Shown: piece after piece, positions 18,459 to 27,302 of the stretch | Layout of the letters: each line of letters begins with the position of its first letter | Numbering within the stretch: position 1 is the first letter of the stretch | Assembly (NCBI GenBank): GCA_963758005.1 | Contig: CAVWTR010000001.1 | Coordinates: 7,737 to 71,736, forward strand | Direction: 5' to 3' | Length of the DNA: 64,000 nucleotides | Origin: an uncultured Acidobacteriota bacterium | GTDB taxonomy: Bacteria > Acidobacteriota > Terriglobia > Terriglobales > Acidobacteriaceae | Translations under genes and position numbers: made by a program | Notes under the pieces: model-generated | Seen by the model: the letters and a program-made list of their open reading frames with translations, nothing else | Database searches by the model: none | What the model was told of the DNA's origin: nothing

Positions 18459-18983
18459 TCAGGCGGCCGCTTCCGCGGCCTTCGCCCTTCCCAGCCCTGC
18501 AGCTTCTCTCGCTCCCTCCCGGCGCAACAATTCGATGGCAGAGTTCGTCTTGCCTTTTTCGCGGCAGGACACATATACCATCGCTCCCACGTCGCAGAGC
18601 TGGTGGCCGAGTCTCTTGGCTTCGTCCTCGCAGAAACCGAGTCCCATCAGAGTCCGCGAGCCCCGCGACATCGAAGGGAAGTTTTGCTCGGTTACCAGTG
18701 CGTGGAAAAACGCCTGCGATCGAATGAAGAAACCAACCGTGGGGATAACCACCGCGCCGAATTCTGAAAACCATCCGATCATGCGGGCGCTGGTTGCGTT
18801 TTCTGCCCAGTCGGAATCGACAATCTTGGCATCGCGCACAACCGTCGCAACGGGATGGGCGGGGGACAATACCATGCAGATATCTTCGTTTTCGAATCCA
18901 GCACGATTCAGCGCGTGCACTACTTCGGGCAGAGCCACGGTGCGAGGGTACATTCCATAGGCGGCGGTTCCATTTATGCTCAT
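18459..18983 (-). CDS. Hypothetical protein, possibly a YflT/general-stress-like domain
   Basis: 174-aa ORF with balanced composition (...VHALNRAGFENEDICMVLS...GFCEDEAKRLGHQLCDVGAMVYV...). The two half-domains resemble each other. The family assignment is tentative. Confidence 0.55.
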   Translation of the reverse strand: MSINGTAAYGMYPRTVALPEVVHALNRAGFENEDICMVLSPAHPVATVVRDAKIVDSDWAENATSARMIGWFSEFGAVVIPTVGFFIRSQAFFHALVTEQNFPSMSRGSRTLMGLGFCEDEAKRLGHQLCDVGAMVYVSCREKGKTNSAIELLRREGAREAAGLGRAKAAEAAA

Positions 18984-19205
18984 GTTGTTGGTCTCCGGGC
19001 CGGATTGCCAGGAAGGGTGGGGTCCTTCCGCAGCACGACTGTTTTGGACTTTCCACCACCCTACGAGTTTCTCGATACAGGGGCACTAGGGTAGATCATG
19101 TAGAAATGACTGAACCCATGTTGAGTTGGGATTATTGAATTGAGACCTGCCACCGCGAAGCGCCGACGTATAGCGCCACCTTTCGCATCATCAGCGCTCC
19201 TGGCG

Positions 19206-19652
19206 TTAGGAGAGTAATTCAATCTTGACGATGTGAATGGTGTTGCTCTTGGTATCGAGCTCTCCGACGATCTTCACGTCCTGGTTCTCGTACTCTTTCA
19301 CGTCGCTTTCCGCATCCAGCTGATAGGCGGTACTGTTCGTCACCTTCAGGACATAATTGTTTCCGTCCTTCACGATTTTCCCCGTGAATGACTGAGTCGG
19401 CGTCTGTTGATTCTGGGAATTCGCGGGCTCCTTCGCTTGCTGGGGTTGGGGGGCTGGCTGCGGTATGGGCGTGTCCGGCGCCGGCAGCGGTTGCGGGGCG
19501 GGCTGAGGCTTCTGCATGCGCGACCAGGCTATGAGTTGCTGCATTGCCAGGCCATCCTCGGATCCCTGGGCTGTCGGTTGTGGCGCCTGTCCAAACACAA
19601 GAGGTGTCATTGCAAACAGGAAAGCAGCGAGGCAAGTCGTCGTTCGATTCAT
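19206..19652 (-). CDS. Secreted protein with a P/Q-rich linker and DUF5818-like C-terminal domain
   Basis: Signal peptide MNRTTTCLAAFLFAMTPLVFGQA, a PQPAPQP linker, and C-terminus FTGKIVKDGNNYVLKVTNSTAYQLDAESDVKEYENQDVKIVGELDTKSNTIHIVKIE. Confidence 0.7.
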   Translation of the reverse strand: MNRTTTCLAAFLFAMTPLVFGQAPQPTAQGSEDGLAMQQLIAWSRMQKPQPAPQPLPAPDTPIPQPAPQPQQAKEPANSQNQQTPTQSFTGKIVKDGNNYVLKVTNSTAYQLDAESDVKEYENQDVKIVGELDTKSNTIHIVKIELLS

Positions 19653-19985
19653 AAGTAAACCTCCCGAAAGACGAAGCGGCCACCAACTCTATGCGCAATT
19701 CGCCTGCCACGACGGTCCTTCATACCGCAGCACTTACAACATCTGGCGGCGGACCGCAGGCGAAGCTTCTACACCTGCTATAGCACTTTTACCTCGGTTG
19801 ATCTCACTCGATCCATCAAGCGTTTTCTGTAGGCTTTCTGTAGTCGGCGCGTTCGTGTATGTGCGATTTCGGTAAGGGAGCCAAGTGATCGTCCGACGCC
19901 AGACACAGCTCTGAGCCGCACGAATTGCGTACTACGCTGTATTCCTGCGTCGTGCGGATCGTCATATAAATGTGCAAGTCACGGC

Positions 19986-20026
19986 GGAACAAGTCAGGAC
20001 GAACAAGTCAGGACGAACAAGTCAGA
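19986..20026 (+). repeat. 14-bp tandem repeat x3 immediately upstream of a ribosome-binding site
   Basis: Units are gaacaagtcaggac / gaacaagtcaggac / gaacaagtcagac. They are followed by gataAGAGGAgccactATG (start at 20044). Confidence 0.9.
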
Positions 20027-20043
20027 CGATAAGAGGAGCCACT

Positions 20044-20283
20044 ATGTCGAATATACTTCCGAAGTCGCTATCCGCGTCAGAGGCGCATGATCTCCGGCGA
20101 ACATTCGAAACCGCAATCGCTCAGGTCCAGCAAGGGAAAGAACGTTGCCGTGCGAAAACTCCCATCTTCGTGCGCAAACAAACCACCATGCCGGGCGATC
20201 CGAACGCAGAAAAGCGGGCGTTGACGGACGCGGCGCGAGCCTTAGCCCAACTATGGAACATTTCTCCTACGCTGGTCCGCTGA
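20044..20283 (+). CDS. Small hypothetical protein (79 aa)
   Basis: An AGAGGA Shine-Dalgarno lies 7 nt before the ATG at 20044. The product is a charged, helical-looking sequence (MSNILPKSLSASEAHDLRRTFETAIAQVQQGK...). Confidence 0.55.
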   Translation: MSNILPKSLSASEAHDLRRTFETAIAQVQQGKERCRAKTPIFVRKQTTMPGDPNAEKRALTDAARALAQLWNISPTLVR

Positions 20284-20407
20284 GGACAGGCCGTCTGCCC
20301 GAGGTAATGTCGCCATGTTCCGGGCATTAGGCGGGTTCTTGTCGGTATTCTGACCCTTCAACCTGTTCGTGCATTTGAACGGAGTATTTGGCGTCGCTGC
20401 TCTGGCG

Positions 20408-20590
20408 TTATTCGCGACTGATTGCCTGCTGGCGAGCCTCGGCGAACCTTGCGAGGGGGTCCCGTTCCTTCCAGAGCGCGGAGAATGTCCCCCTCAGCTG
20501 AACAACTTCCGAAATCAATCTCAAAGAATTGCTTCCCAGCGGATTCTCGAACTGTTTGCGCGCAAACAATACGGGGGTAATCGGCAGCAT
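20408..20590 (-). CDS. Possible small protein (60 aa) downstream of csbD
   Basis: MLPITPVLFARKQFENPLGSNSLRLISEVVQLRGTFSALWKERDPLARFAEARQQAISRE looks protein-like. It competes with an overlapping plus-strand ORF, and no ribosome-binding site was seen. Confidence 0.25.
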   Translation of the reverse strand: MLPITPVLFARKQFENPLGSNSLRLISEVVQLRGTFSALWKERDPLARFAEARQQAISRE

Positions 20591-20639
20591 GTCGCATCCG
20601 ATTACCCCCGCGGGTCTAGGCTGACAATTCTGACCGCAA

Positions 20640-20882
20640 TTAGCGTCGAGAATGCCCAGCGTTTTCTGATTCCTGCTCAAAGTCAGCCGGATCCGTCTGG
20701 GGATTTTCAGACTCCCGCTTAGCGGCGTCTTTGACTTTGCCAATTGCATTCTGCAATTTGCCCTCGATTTGTTTCGCTGTTCCTTGTACTTGTTTCTTCG
20801 GATCGCCAGTCCACTCTCCTGCTTGCCGTTCAACCCGTCCCGCTATATCTTTGACTTTACCTTCAACTCGATCTCTATTCAT
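20640..20882 (-). CDS. csbD: CsbD-family stress protein
   Basis: MNRDRVEGKVKDIAGRVERQAGEWTGDPKKQVQGTAKQIEGKLQNAIGKVKD matches the CsbD pattern. An AAGGAGGA Shine-Dalgarno precedes the ATG at 20882. Confidence 0.9.
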   Translation of the reverse strand: MNRDRVEGKVKDIAGRVERQAGEWTGDPKKQVQGTAKQIEGKLQNAIGKVKDAAKRESENPQTDPADFEQESENAGHSRR

Positions 20883-20954
20883 GTCATCCTCCTTCGGAAT
20901 TTGAGTTCTTCTATGACTATGACCGTTCGAACCCCAGACCACTGACATCTTGCG

Positions 20955-21107
20955 TTAAGCCACCGGGTTTCGACCCTGAATGATCCGCACGAGAACCGCG
21001 ATCACCGCTATCACCAGGAGTATGTGAATCAATCCGCCCATAGTGTAGGAACTGACCATTCCCAGCAGCCATAGAATTAAAAGCAAGGCAACAATCGTCC
21101 AAAGCAT
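20955..21107 (-). CDS. lmo0937-family small membrane protein
   Basis: MLWTIVALLLILWLLGMVSSYTMGGLIHILLVIAVIAVLVRIIQGR is the typical two-helix peptide of about 50 aa. An AAGGA motif lies upstream of the ATG at 21107. Confidence 0.75.
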   Translation of the reverse strand: MLWTIVALLLILWLLGMVSSYTMGGLIHILLVIAVIAVLVRIIQGRNPVA

Positions 21108-21364
21108 TCGTGTCCATCCTTCCTGGCAGACGTCGAGCGGATAGAGGCGCCACTGCTGATGCGTGCTCAACTCAGGCTACGCAGGATCCAAGGAAGGATG
21201 AATCGAGTAAAGGCTTTAGTTGGCGGCAGGATCCACTCTACCTTTTGCGTCGGGCACAAGAAGGAACAAGCCGACGCGCCCCACGAGGAGCGGTCGGCTG
21301 GCGTTTAGTGCTGGCGGAACATAGTTTGTCCCACAGATGCAAATGACTTCGACGAACCACAACT

Positions 21365-22063
21365 CTAAGCTGCGGTCGGACCCGTGGGCGTTCTCGGTGG
21401 CGGGATCTCGATTTGAATCAGGTTGTTCTTAATGGCATACACAACAAGATCCCGGATGGAGTGAAAGCTCAATTTGCGCATGATGTTGCTGCGGTGAGTT
21501 TCGACGGTCTTTGTACTCAGGTTGAGCAGACACGCGACTTCTTTCGAACTATTGCCTTCCGCCAGTAGCTGTGTAATCTCGCGTTCGCGCGCGGTTAGCG
21601 TCGGCAGCTTAGGCGCTTCGTTTCTGGCCACGGTCTGTCCTTTTTCGAGGAAGCCGGCCAGTACCAAATCGTTGACCCGGGGCGTAAAAAACATGCGCTT
21701 GTTTTGCAGAGCTTCGACCGCAGCCACCAGGTCCCGCGCGGCGTCAGACTTCAACACAAACCCGCGAGCGCCCGCATCCAAAGCCTCACGAATGACTTGA
21801 TCGGAGTCGGTAATTGTCAGCACAATGACCTTGAAGTGAGGGTCATGCTGCAGGAGTTGGCGCGTGGTATCCAAGCCATTGAGACTGGGCATGCCGATGT
21901 CGACGATGACGACATCAGGTTTCAGCTCGAGGGCTTTTTCAAGCGCCTCGCGACCATCGCTGGCTTCGCCGCAGACTTCCCAGCCTTCGTGTTTTTCCAG
22001 GAGTGCGCGCAACCCGCGCCGCACAATTTCGTGGTCGTCGGCTAACAAGATTCGCAACTTCAT
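21365..22063 (-). CDS. NarL/LuxR-family response regulator (REC plus HTH)
   Basis: REC segment LRILLADDHEIVR...DVVIVDIGMPSLNG. LuxR HTH segment LTAREREITQLLAEGNSSKEVACLLNLSTKTVETHRSNIMRKL. Confidence 0.93.
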   Translation of the reverse strand: MKLRILLADDHEIVRRGLRALLEKHEGWEVCGEASDGREALEKALELKPDVVIVDIGMPSLNGLDTTRQLLQHDPHFKVIVLTITDSDQVIREALDAGARGFVLKSDAARDLVAAVEALQNKRMFFTPRVNDLVLAGFLEKGQTVARNEAPKLPTLTAREREITQLLAEGNSSKEVACLLNLSTKTVETHRSNIMRKLSFHSIRDLVVYAIKNNLIQIEIPPPRTPTGPTAA

Positions 22064-22115
22064 AATTCACCCCCAAGTAGATATAAAGCTGCCCGCAGTT
22101 TCCAATGTGCCGCCT

Positions 22116-22529
22116 TTAACACCGTCCTGTAGCATCCCGTCCAGTGAGCGCGGTAAATACGCGATGTTGGCTTACCGCCTCCACTGCCGCTAACAAATCG
22201 CGCGCTGCGTTCGACTTCACCACATAGCCCCTGGCCCCGGCGTCCAGAGCTTCGCGCATCATTTGCGGAGAATCGTGCTGAGTCACAAACAAGATCTCAA
22301 GGTGGGGGGCCTGTCGCCGAAGCAAGCGGCACGCTTCCAGTCCATTCATCTTTGGCATGGTGACATCCAATACCATGACGTCGGGGTTCAGATCCTTTGC
22401 TTTTTCCACTGCTTCGGCCCCATCCGACGCTTCTCCGATAACTTCCCAGCCCGAGTGCCCTTCCAACAGAGTTTTCAGCCCGTGCCTCACAACCGGATGG
22501 TCATCCACCAGCAATATGCGAATTGTCAT
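22116..22529 (-). CDS. NarL-type receiver protein lacking the HTH
   Basis: MTIRILLVDDHPVVRHGLKTLLE...DVMVLDVTMPKMNG...GYVVKS is collinear with the neighbouring NarL receiver. It stops right after the receiver fold (…VSQHRVFTALTGRDATGRC). Confidence 0.85.
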   Translation of the reverse strand: MTIRILLVDDHPVVRHGLKTLLEGHSGWEVIGEASDGAEAVEKAKDLNPDVMVLDVTMPKMNGLEACRLLRRQAPHLEILFVTQHDSPQMMREALDAGARGYVVKSNAARDLLAAVEAVSQHRVFTALTGRDATGRC

Positions 22530-22731
22530 GCAGTTTCCGTCTGTCTGGGCTAGACCGACCAGACTGTTCGTCACATGTTACCTCAGCACAGGGAGATACG
22601 CCCGACAGACTTAGAGCCATCGAGAACACCTGTCGAGATTACCTTCGGAATAAACAGGGTCCAATACAGAGAATCCTGTATTTCGGCTGGGGGCGCCGGA
22701 GTCGCCCCAAAACTCACAACAGCGTCCCCGG

Positions 22732-23124
22732 CTACCCAACCGAGGCCACGGGGAAATAGGTTTGATCGCGCAACAGCACCTCTACCGCTTCCACGATCGA
22801 ACCAATATCCTGCTTGGCGCATGCGCCGCGGACACCCGCCAGACGAGCAGCCTCAGATAACTGCTTGGACAGGTGAAGCGTTACCATCAGAATCGGAATC
22901 CTGGGAAAGAGTTCACAGATTTGCCTGGCGACATCAACGCCATTCAGATCGGGCATTTGATAGTCCAGGACAATAAGGTCGGGAGGGGATTCCAGCACCT
23001 TGTGCAGAGCTTCGGCGCCGGTTCGTGCTTCACCGGACACTTGCCATGAGGCCTGCTGCTCGAGAATTGCTCGCAGATAGTGTCGGACGGAGGGATTATC
23101 GTCGACTACAAGAATACGAACCAC
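22732..23124 (-). CDS. NarL-type receiver protein lacking the HTH
   Basis: A GTG at 23124 is preceded by a GGGAGG Shine-Dalgarno. VVRILVVDDNPSVRHYLRAILE...DLIVLDYQMPDLNG...ACAKQD. No HTH follows. The track ORF extends to 23226. Confidence 0.8.
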   Translation of the reverse strand: MVRILVVDDNPSVRHYLRAILEQQASWQVSGEARTGAEALHKVLESPPDLIVLDYQMPDLNGVDVARQICELFPRIPILMVTLHLSKQLSEAARLAGVRGACAKQDIGSIVEAVEVLLRDQTYFPVASVG

Positions 23125-23256
23125 GCGAGCCCTCCCGGCCAGAGTACGATTCGCAAATTCCGTCGAGCCAATGATCGAATGATCGATCGATTCGAACAAT
23201 GCAGCTCCTGTGCGGAAACATCTCAACAGAACCAGGTGCTCAGGAACTCGGTGGGC

Positions 23257-23427
23257 TTACTGTCCTGTGCGATGGCCCTTGGCTTTGTGCTGCTTCATCA
23301 CCGTACGCGCCGCCACTTCCTTTGCCCGACTGCCGTAGCGGCCAGATCGCTCAGCACTTTCCTTGATGTGCTCGTATTCACGCTGTTCTTTTGTCCCTAC
23401 TCCCCGCAGATGTCTTTTGCCTGGCAT
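23257..23427 (-). CDS. Small basic conserved-looking protein (56 aa)
   Basis: A GAGGA Shine-Dalgarno lies 7 nt before the ATG at 23427. The product is MPGKRHLRGVGTKEQREYEHIKESAERSGRYGSRAKEVAARTVMKQHKAKGH. Family not identified with certainty. Confidence 0.5.
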   Translation of the reverse strand: MPGKRHLRGVGTKEQREYEHIKESAERSGRYGSRAKEVAARTVMKQHKAKGHRTGQ

Positions 23428-23537
23428 CGGATTCCTCGCTGATTCCCGCTCGATCACTTAAAGTTAAGCCGTGCCCAGGAACAGGGGCTATCCGGTGAAG
23501 CCTGTAGGTTTACTAACTCGGCAACTCCGGATACCCG

Positions 23538-23582
23538 TGATCCTGCTACTTCTGACTCTGTTACTTCTGATCCTGTTACTTC
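23538..23582 (-). repeat. 15-bp tandem repeat x3 overlapping the sigma-factor stop codon
   Basis: Plus-strand units are tgatcctgctacttc / tgactctgttacttc / tgatcctgttacttc. On the minus strand this is GAAGTAACAGGATCA-like x3. The repeat lies between the ECF sigma gene and the small basic-protein gene. Confidence 0.85.
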
Positions 23583-24292
23583 GCTGGTAGTGCCGTCAGA
23601 CCGAGGAAGCCTGTGCCTTGGTCCCGTGTTCCTCGATCCTCGGACTGATTTTTCGTTGCGCGGCGCCGGATTTTCGTCTTGGGGAACAGCAGAGCGCGCA
23701 TCTTCATCTTCGCTTTGTGCAACTGCGATTTGGAGTTGCCGATGGAGCAATCCAGCAATTCCGCGATCTCATGATGCTGATATCCTTCGACCTCATGCAA
23801 AGCAAAAATCTTGCGGCAGCCTTCTGGAAGTTCTTGCAGCGCACGACGCAAAGCCAGGCGGTCGACCACGCCAGCCAGGTCGGGGTCGCTCTTGCCGAAA
23901 TCGCGGTGTAAAGACGGAGACTCCGGGTTGACCGGCTCGTCCAGTGAAACAGTGGGCGGAGCTTTACGCCGGCGCAGTTTCATCAGCACTGTATTGACCG
24001 CCACGCGATACAGCCAGGTCGAGAATGCAGCATCGCCGCGAAACGAGCCGACGGTGCGGAAAACCTGCAAGAAAGCTTCCTGAGTCAGATCCTCTGCCTC
24101 AGCAACATCTTTGGTCATGAGCAAACACACGGAATAGACGCGGCTCTTATTCTGTTGAAACAGAGTTGCAAAAGCTTGTTCGTCGCCTGCCTGCGCGCGC
24201 TTTACCAGACTGGCCTGAGAATCGTCGCGGACCTGAACACTGGTCGCCGGAATCACGTTCGCTTCTGTCGCAGAAATCGCACAAGTTGCCAC
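23576..24292 (-). CDS. ECF-type RNA polymerase sigma-70 family factor
   Basis: Region 2 reads AFATLFQQNKSRVYSVCLLMTKDVAEAEDLTQEAFLQVF...WLYRVAVNTVL. Region 4 reads LPEGCRKIFALHEVEGYQHHEIAELLDCSIGNSKSQLHKAK. A basic C-terminal tail is present. Confidence 0.9.
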   Translation of the reverse strand: MATCAISATEANVIPATSVQVRDDSQASLVKRAQAGDEQAFATLFQQNKSRVYSVCLLMTKDVAEAEDLTQEAFLQVFRTVGSFRGDAAFSTWLYRVAVNTVLMKLRRRKAPPTVSLDEPVNPESPSLHRDFGKSDPDLAGVVDRLALRRALQELPEGCRKIFALHEVEGYQHHEIAELLDCSIGNSKSQLHKAKMKMRALLFPKTKIRRRATKNQSEDRGTRDQGTGFLGLTALPAK

Positions 24293-24555
24293 GTTGGATC
24301 TCCTTTTCGGGTGCCAGAACGTTTATGGCTCGTCACTAACGTTTGCGAGCATTGATCACGATGACAGAGTAAGAAAATGGCTAGGAACCTTGTATCGGGT
24401 CACATCTGTAAACGAGTGCAGGAGACGCTGTAAGACTGTTGACTAACGTCACAAGGCGGGAATCCGCACCCCGTGCGAATCCCCGCCTTGGATTTTCCTG
24501 CCTGATACTTGCTTGCGCAGCACCAGGGAAAATGCTTCCCTTCATCAGTCACGCA

Positions 24556-25530
24556 TCAGTAAAGACGGAACTGTACTTCCACAGTGATCTGGACGTCCAC
24601 CGGCCTTCCGTCTTTGAGAGAGGGCTGGAAGGTCCATTGCCGTACAGCTTCGATCGCCTTTTCGTCGAGACCGAGGCCCAAGCCTCGAACCACGCGGAGA
24701 TTCCTGGGATGTCCGGTCGAGTCGACGATCAGCGAAAGAACGCAGGTTCCCTGCTTGTTGGCCCGGCGTGCCTCTTCCGTATAGTTGGGATCGGGAGTAG
24801 AGAGCGCCTGAGGCGCCGAAATGCCGCCTCCAACCTTGTAAACACCGCCACCGATTCCTCCACCACTACCAGCCCCAACCCCGGCTCCTTGCCCTACACC
24901 TATGCCGCCGCCCGAACCAGAGCCAATGCCACCGCCCGAACCAGTTCCGTTCGATGGCGGCGCAGATGGCATCGCCACGGATGCCGCCCCCAGATTCGGC
25001 ATGTGATTGTCGGCCAGGTGTACCTGTGGCGGAATCACAACGGTTGGCTCAACCGCGAGTTTCGGCTTTTCATTGCGCACAACGATTGCGGGCGGCGTGA
25101 TCTGCTGCAACGCAAGTTTGGGCAAGCGTCCTTTCGGCGCGGGGAGCTTGTCATGATCACCACCTCCGCCTCCGCCGCTGATTACTTTGCGGGCTGTCGG
25201 CAGAGCATAGGAATCCGGCGAGGGCGCAATCAACGTCACTACTTGCCGCGGCGCAATCTGTTGCACAATTGTGTGACCGAAGAAAACGCCGCTCAGGAGC
25301 GCGCAAAGCAGAACACCGTGAACAATCGCCGACATCAAGACGCCGTTGGTGCGGTAATTGTTGTATTTACCCCATATTTCATCAGGCGCAGCATACGAAG
25401 TCCGCACGCTCGGCTTCGGTGGCTGATATTTAGCGGGCGAACTCACTTGATATCGGCCGACGGAAAGACTTGCCGGTGCTAGCTGCAACGCGGACTGACC
25501 GTCGAAGGCCGAATTCTGATGACTCGACAT
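24556..25530 (-). CDS. TonB-family energy-transducer C-terminal domain protein
   Basis: One TM helix (VLMSAIVHGVLLCALLSGVFF), a Gly-rich linker, and a TonB-C domain PDPNYTEEARRANKQGTCVLSLIVDSTGHPRNLRVVRGLGLGLDEKAIEAVRQWTFQP. Confidence 0.88.
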   Translation of the reverse strand: MSSHQNSAFDGQSALQLAPASLSVGRYQVSSPAKYQPPKPSVRTSYAAPDEIWGKYNNYRTNGVLMSAIVHGVLLCALLSGVFFGHTIVQQIAPRQVVTLIAPSPDSYALPTARKVISGGGGGGDHDKLPAPKGRLPKLALQQITPPAIVVRNEKPKLAVEPTVVIPPQVHLADNHMPNLGAASVAMPSAPPSNGTGSGGGIGSGSGGGIGVGQGAGVGAGSGGGIGGGVYKVGGGISAPQALSTPDPNYTEEARRANKQGTCVLSLIVDSTGHPRNLRVVRGLGLGLDEKAIEAVRQWTFQPSLKDGRPVDVQITVEVQFRLY

Positions 25531-25655
25531 AACCCCCTCCTCAAAACCGGGGAGCTAATCCCCGAAAAAGCAAATGGCGGGATACATCCGGTTCCCACCA
25601 TTTGGGCCAGAAGCTAGTTCTCGGTGCGCGGCCAAGCTAAGATGCGACTCTGCGG

Positions 25656-25808
25656 TCATATGCGACCGGCGAGAACCAGGACAAGCAGCACCACGACAAT
25701 GAGCCCTAGTCCGCCGCTCGGGTAATATCCCCAGGACCGGCTGTAGGGCCATGCCGGCAAAGCGCCCAGCAACATCAAGATCAGGATCACTAGAAGAATG
25801 GTGAACAT
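25656..25808 (-). CDS. DUF3309-family small membrane protein (50 aa)
   Basis: Below the track cutoff. MFTILLVILILMLLGALPAWPYSRSWGYYPSGGLGLIVVVLLVLVLAGRI contains the family hallmark P-x-WPYSR-x-WGYYPSGG. An AAGGAGGA Shine-Dalgarno precedes the ATG. Confidence 0.8.
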   Translation of the reverse strand: MFTILLVILILMLLGALPAWPYSRSWGYYPSGGLGLIVVVLLVLVLAGRI

Positions 25809-25903
25809 GCTTCCTCCTTAAGTTGAACGCTCGTTTTCGATCGTTGTGATTGTGCCGGCTCCCTTAGGAGCCGGCGGCAGCGCGCTCCAAAATAGCCGAG
25901 CCT

Positions 25904-26665
25904 TTAATTCGAACCCGACGTTGTTGCACCGGGCGCGTCGTTCCTGCTCGATTCTTTGCTCTGAAAGGAATATCTCCTGACGGCCGCCAGGAATGGTGCG
26001 CTGACGCCGGTGGGACGAACCTTTCCACCCAAAATATCTGCGAAGGGTACGAAGCTGCCGTAGAGCAGACGGGTTTCATCTTTGTCCTGAGAAATCGCCG
26101 CTCCGCTCAGATCGATCCCGGCAAAAAGGCCACGCGCACGCGAGTACGTCAGCACTTCGGCTCTCATTTTGATGTCGGTATCGGCGGCTGCATCGCGGCC
26201 AACTGGGCCAGCAGCAGCGGAAGCGTCACCGCCAAGCTTGAAATGACTGGAGAGCAGGTGCTGCATGCCGTCCTCGTTGGTCACAACCATCACAATGTCA
26301 ACGGCCTGACCACCGAGTTGCAGACCCCAACTTCCGCCGGTAATGGTGATGGGAGCAGGAGCGCTCCAACCCGCCTCTGTGCGGCATGTGGCGACGCCCT
26401 TCCCGTGGTTTCCTCCGAAGCCGACCGCGATCTTCACCATGGAAGGAATCACAGCGATACACTTCGCATCGCGCATGACTTTGTCGGGAATTGCTTTATC
26501 CGGAGTCGCCATAATTTCGGTCAGGACCTTGGCGGACGCATCAATGCGCTTGGCGATGTCAGATTGTTCCTTGTCGCCATCGGCCGACCAGGCCACGCTC
26601 ATAAAGATGGAGCAGATGCTCAACACCAAGAGAAATTTGAGCCATACCGATGAATGTCGTTTCAT
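25904..26665 (-). CDS. Ysc84/SYLF (DUF500) lipid-binding domain protein, secreted
   Basis: Signal peptide MKRHSSVWLKFLLVLSICSIFMSVAWSA. Core reads AKCIAVIPSMVKIAVGFGGNHGKGVATCR...GGSWGLQLGGQAVDIVMVV...KLGGDASAAAGPVGRDA...SRARGLFAGIDLSGA. A GAGGA Shine-Dalgarno precedes the ATG at 26665. Confidence 0.8.
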   Translation of the reverse strand: MKRHSSVWLKFLLVLSICSIFMSVAWSADGDKEQSDIAKRIDASAKVLTEIMATPDKAIPDKVMRDAKCIAVIPSMVKIAVGFGGNHGKGVATCRTEAGWSAPAPITITGGSWGLQLGGQAVDIVMVVTNEDGMQHLLSSHFKLGGDASAAAGPVGRDAAADTDIKMRAEVLTYSRARGLFAGIDLSGAAISQDKDETRLLYGSFVPFADILGGKVRPTGVSAPFLAAVRRYSFQSKESSRNDAPGATTSGSN

Positions 26666-27110
26666 TTTCAGTCCTCTTCCGTGCCCCATGTTCCGTTCCC
26701 CATGTGAGCACCTGCTGGTTATGCTTGCGATTACCAAGCTAATCGCAGAGTGCAATTCGTTCTATCCAGCGGAGGCAGTAAAGAACCTGAGGAGTTTCCT
26801 GAGAAATCGGTGCAAATTCCGACGCCGTAATGCGATAGAGGGTTTTCCGGGCAGGCTCTACAGGGTGGAGGGTATTGTGAGTTCAGGATCAGCGAATTAG
26901 GCTGCGGTTCTCTACTCGAAACACGCCCCCCGGCGGGTGCCGGTCTTCTGGGACAGACCGGCACCCGCTCCTCCAAGAACTCAAGAATCTGAGGTGATGA
27001 TCGCGAATGTACTGGGAGAATGCCCGCCAAATACAGGCTCACAAGGATTTCTCGAACAGAGCTTGGCATTTATCTTCGCGGAGGACGTAATTCAAACTTG
27101 GAGGCAAACC

Positions 27111-27287
27111 ATGCTTTACTGGGCTTTAGTGTTCCTGGTGGTGGCGCTGATCGCTGGAGTATTAGGTTTTGCGGGCGTAGCCGTCGCGGCTGCTGGCGTC
27201 GCAAAGATCCTGTTTTTTGTCTTCCTCGTGCTGTTCGTGATTTCGCTGGTCGCCCATCTCGGAAGCGGCAGCAGGTCGCTGAACTAG
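27111..27287 (+). CDS. DUF1328/UPF0391 (YtjA-like) small membrane protein
   Basis: [47 protein letters not shown] matches the family pattern. A GGAGG Shine-Dalgarno precedes the ATG and a strong terminator follows. Confidence 0.85.
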   Translation: MLYWALVFLVVALIAGVLGFAGVAVAAAGVAKILFFVFLVLFVISLVAHLGSGSRSLN

Positions 27288-27302
27288 GGACTAGCACAAT
27301 GA

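Noticed and set aside
17759-19086. Long ORFs 17759-18574 (271 aa, upstream part) and 18238-19086 (282 aa)
   Set aside because: The upstream 139 codons of the first ORF, and the whole second ORF, have Arg/Pro/Cys-rich non-protein-like composition. They overlap the better-supported genes at 17759-18157 and 18459-18983.
24439-25482. 347-aa plus-strand ORF
   Set aside because: It is antisense to the TonB-family gene, which has a clear TonB-C domain. The translation is Arg/Cys-rich and not protein-like, a typical GC-rich shadow ORF.
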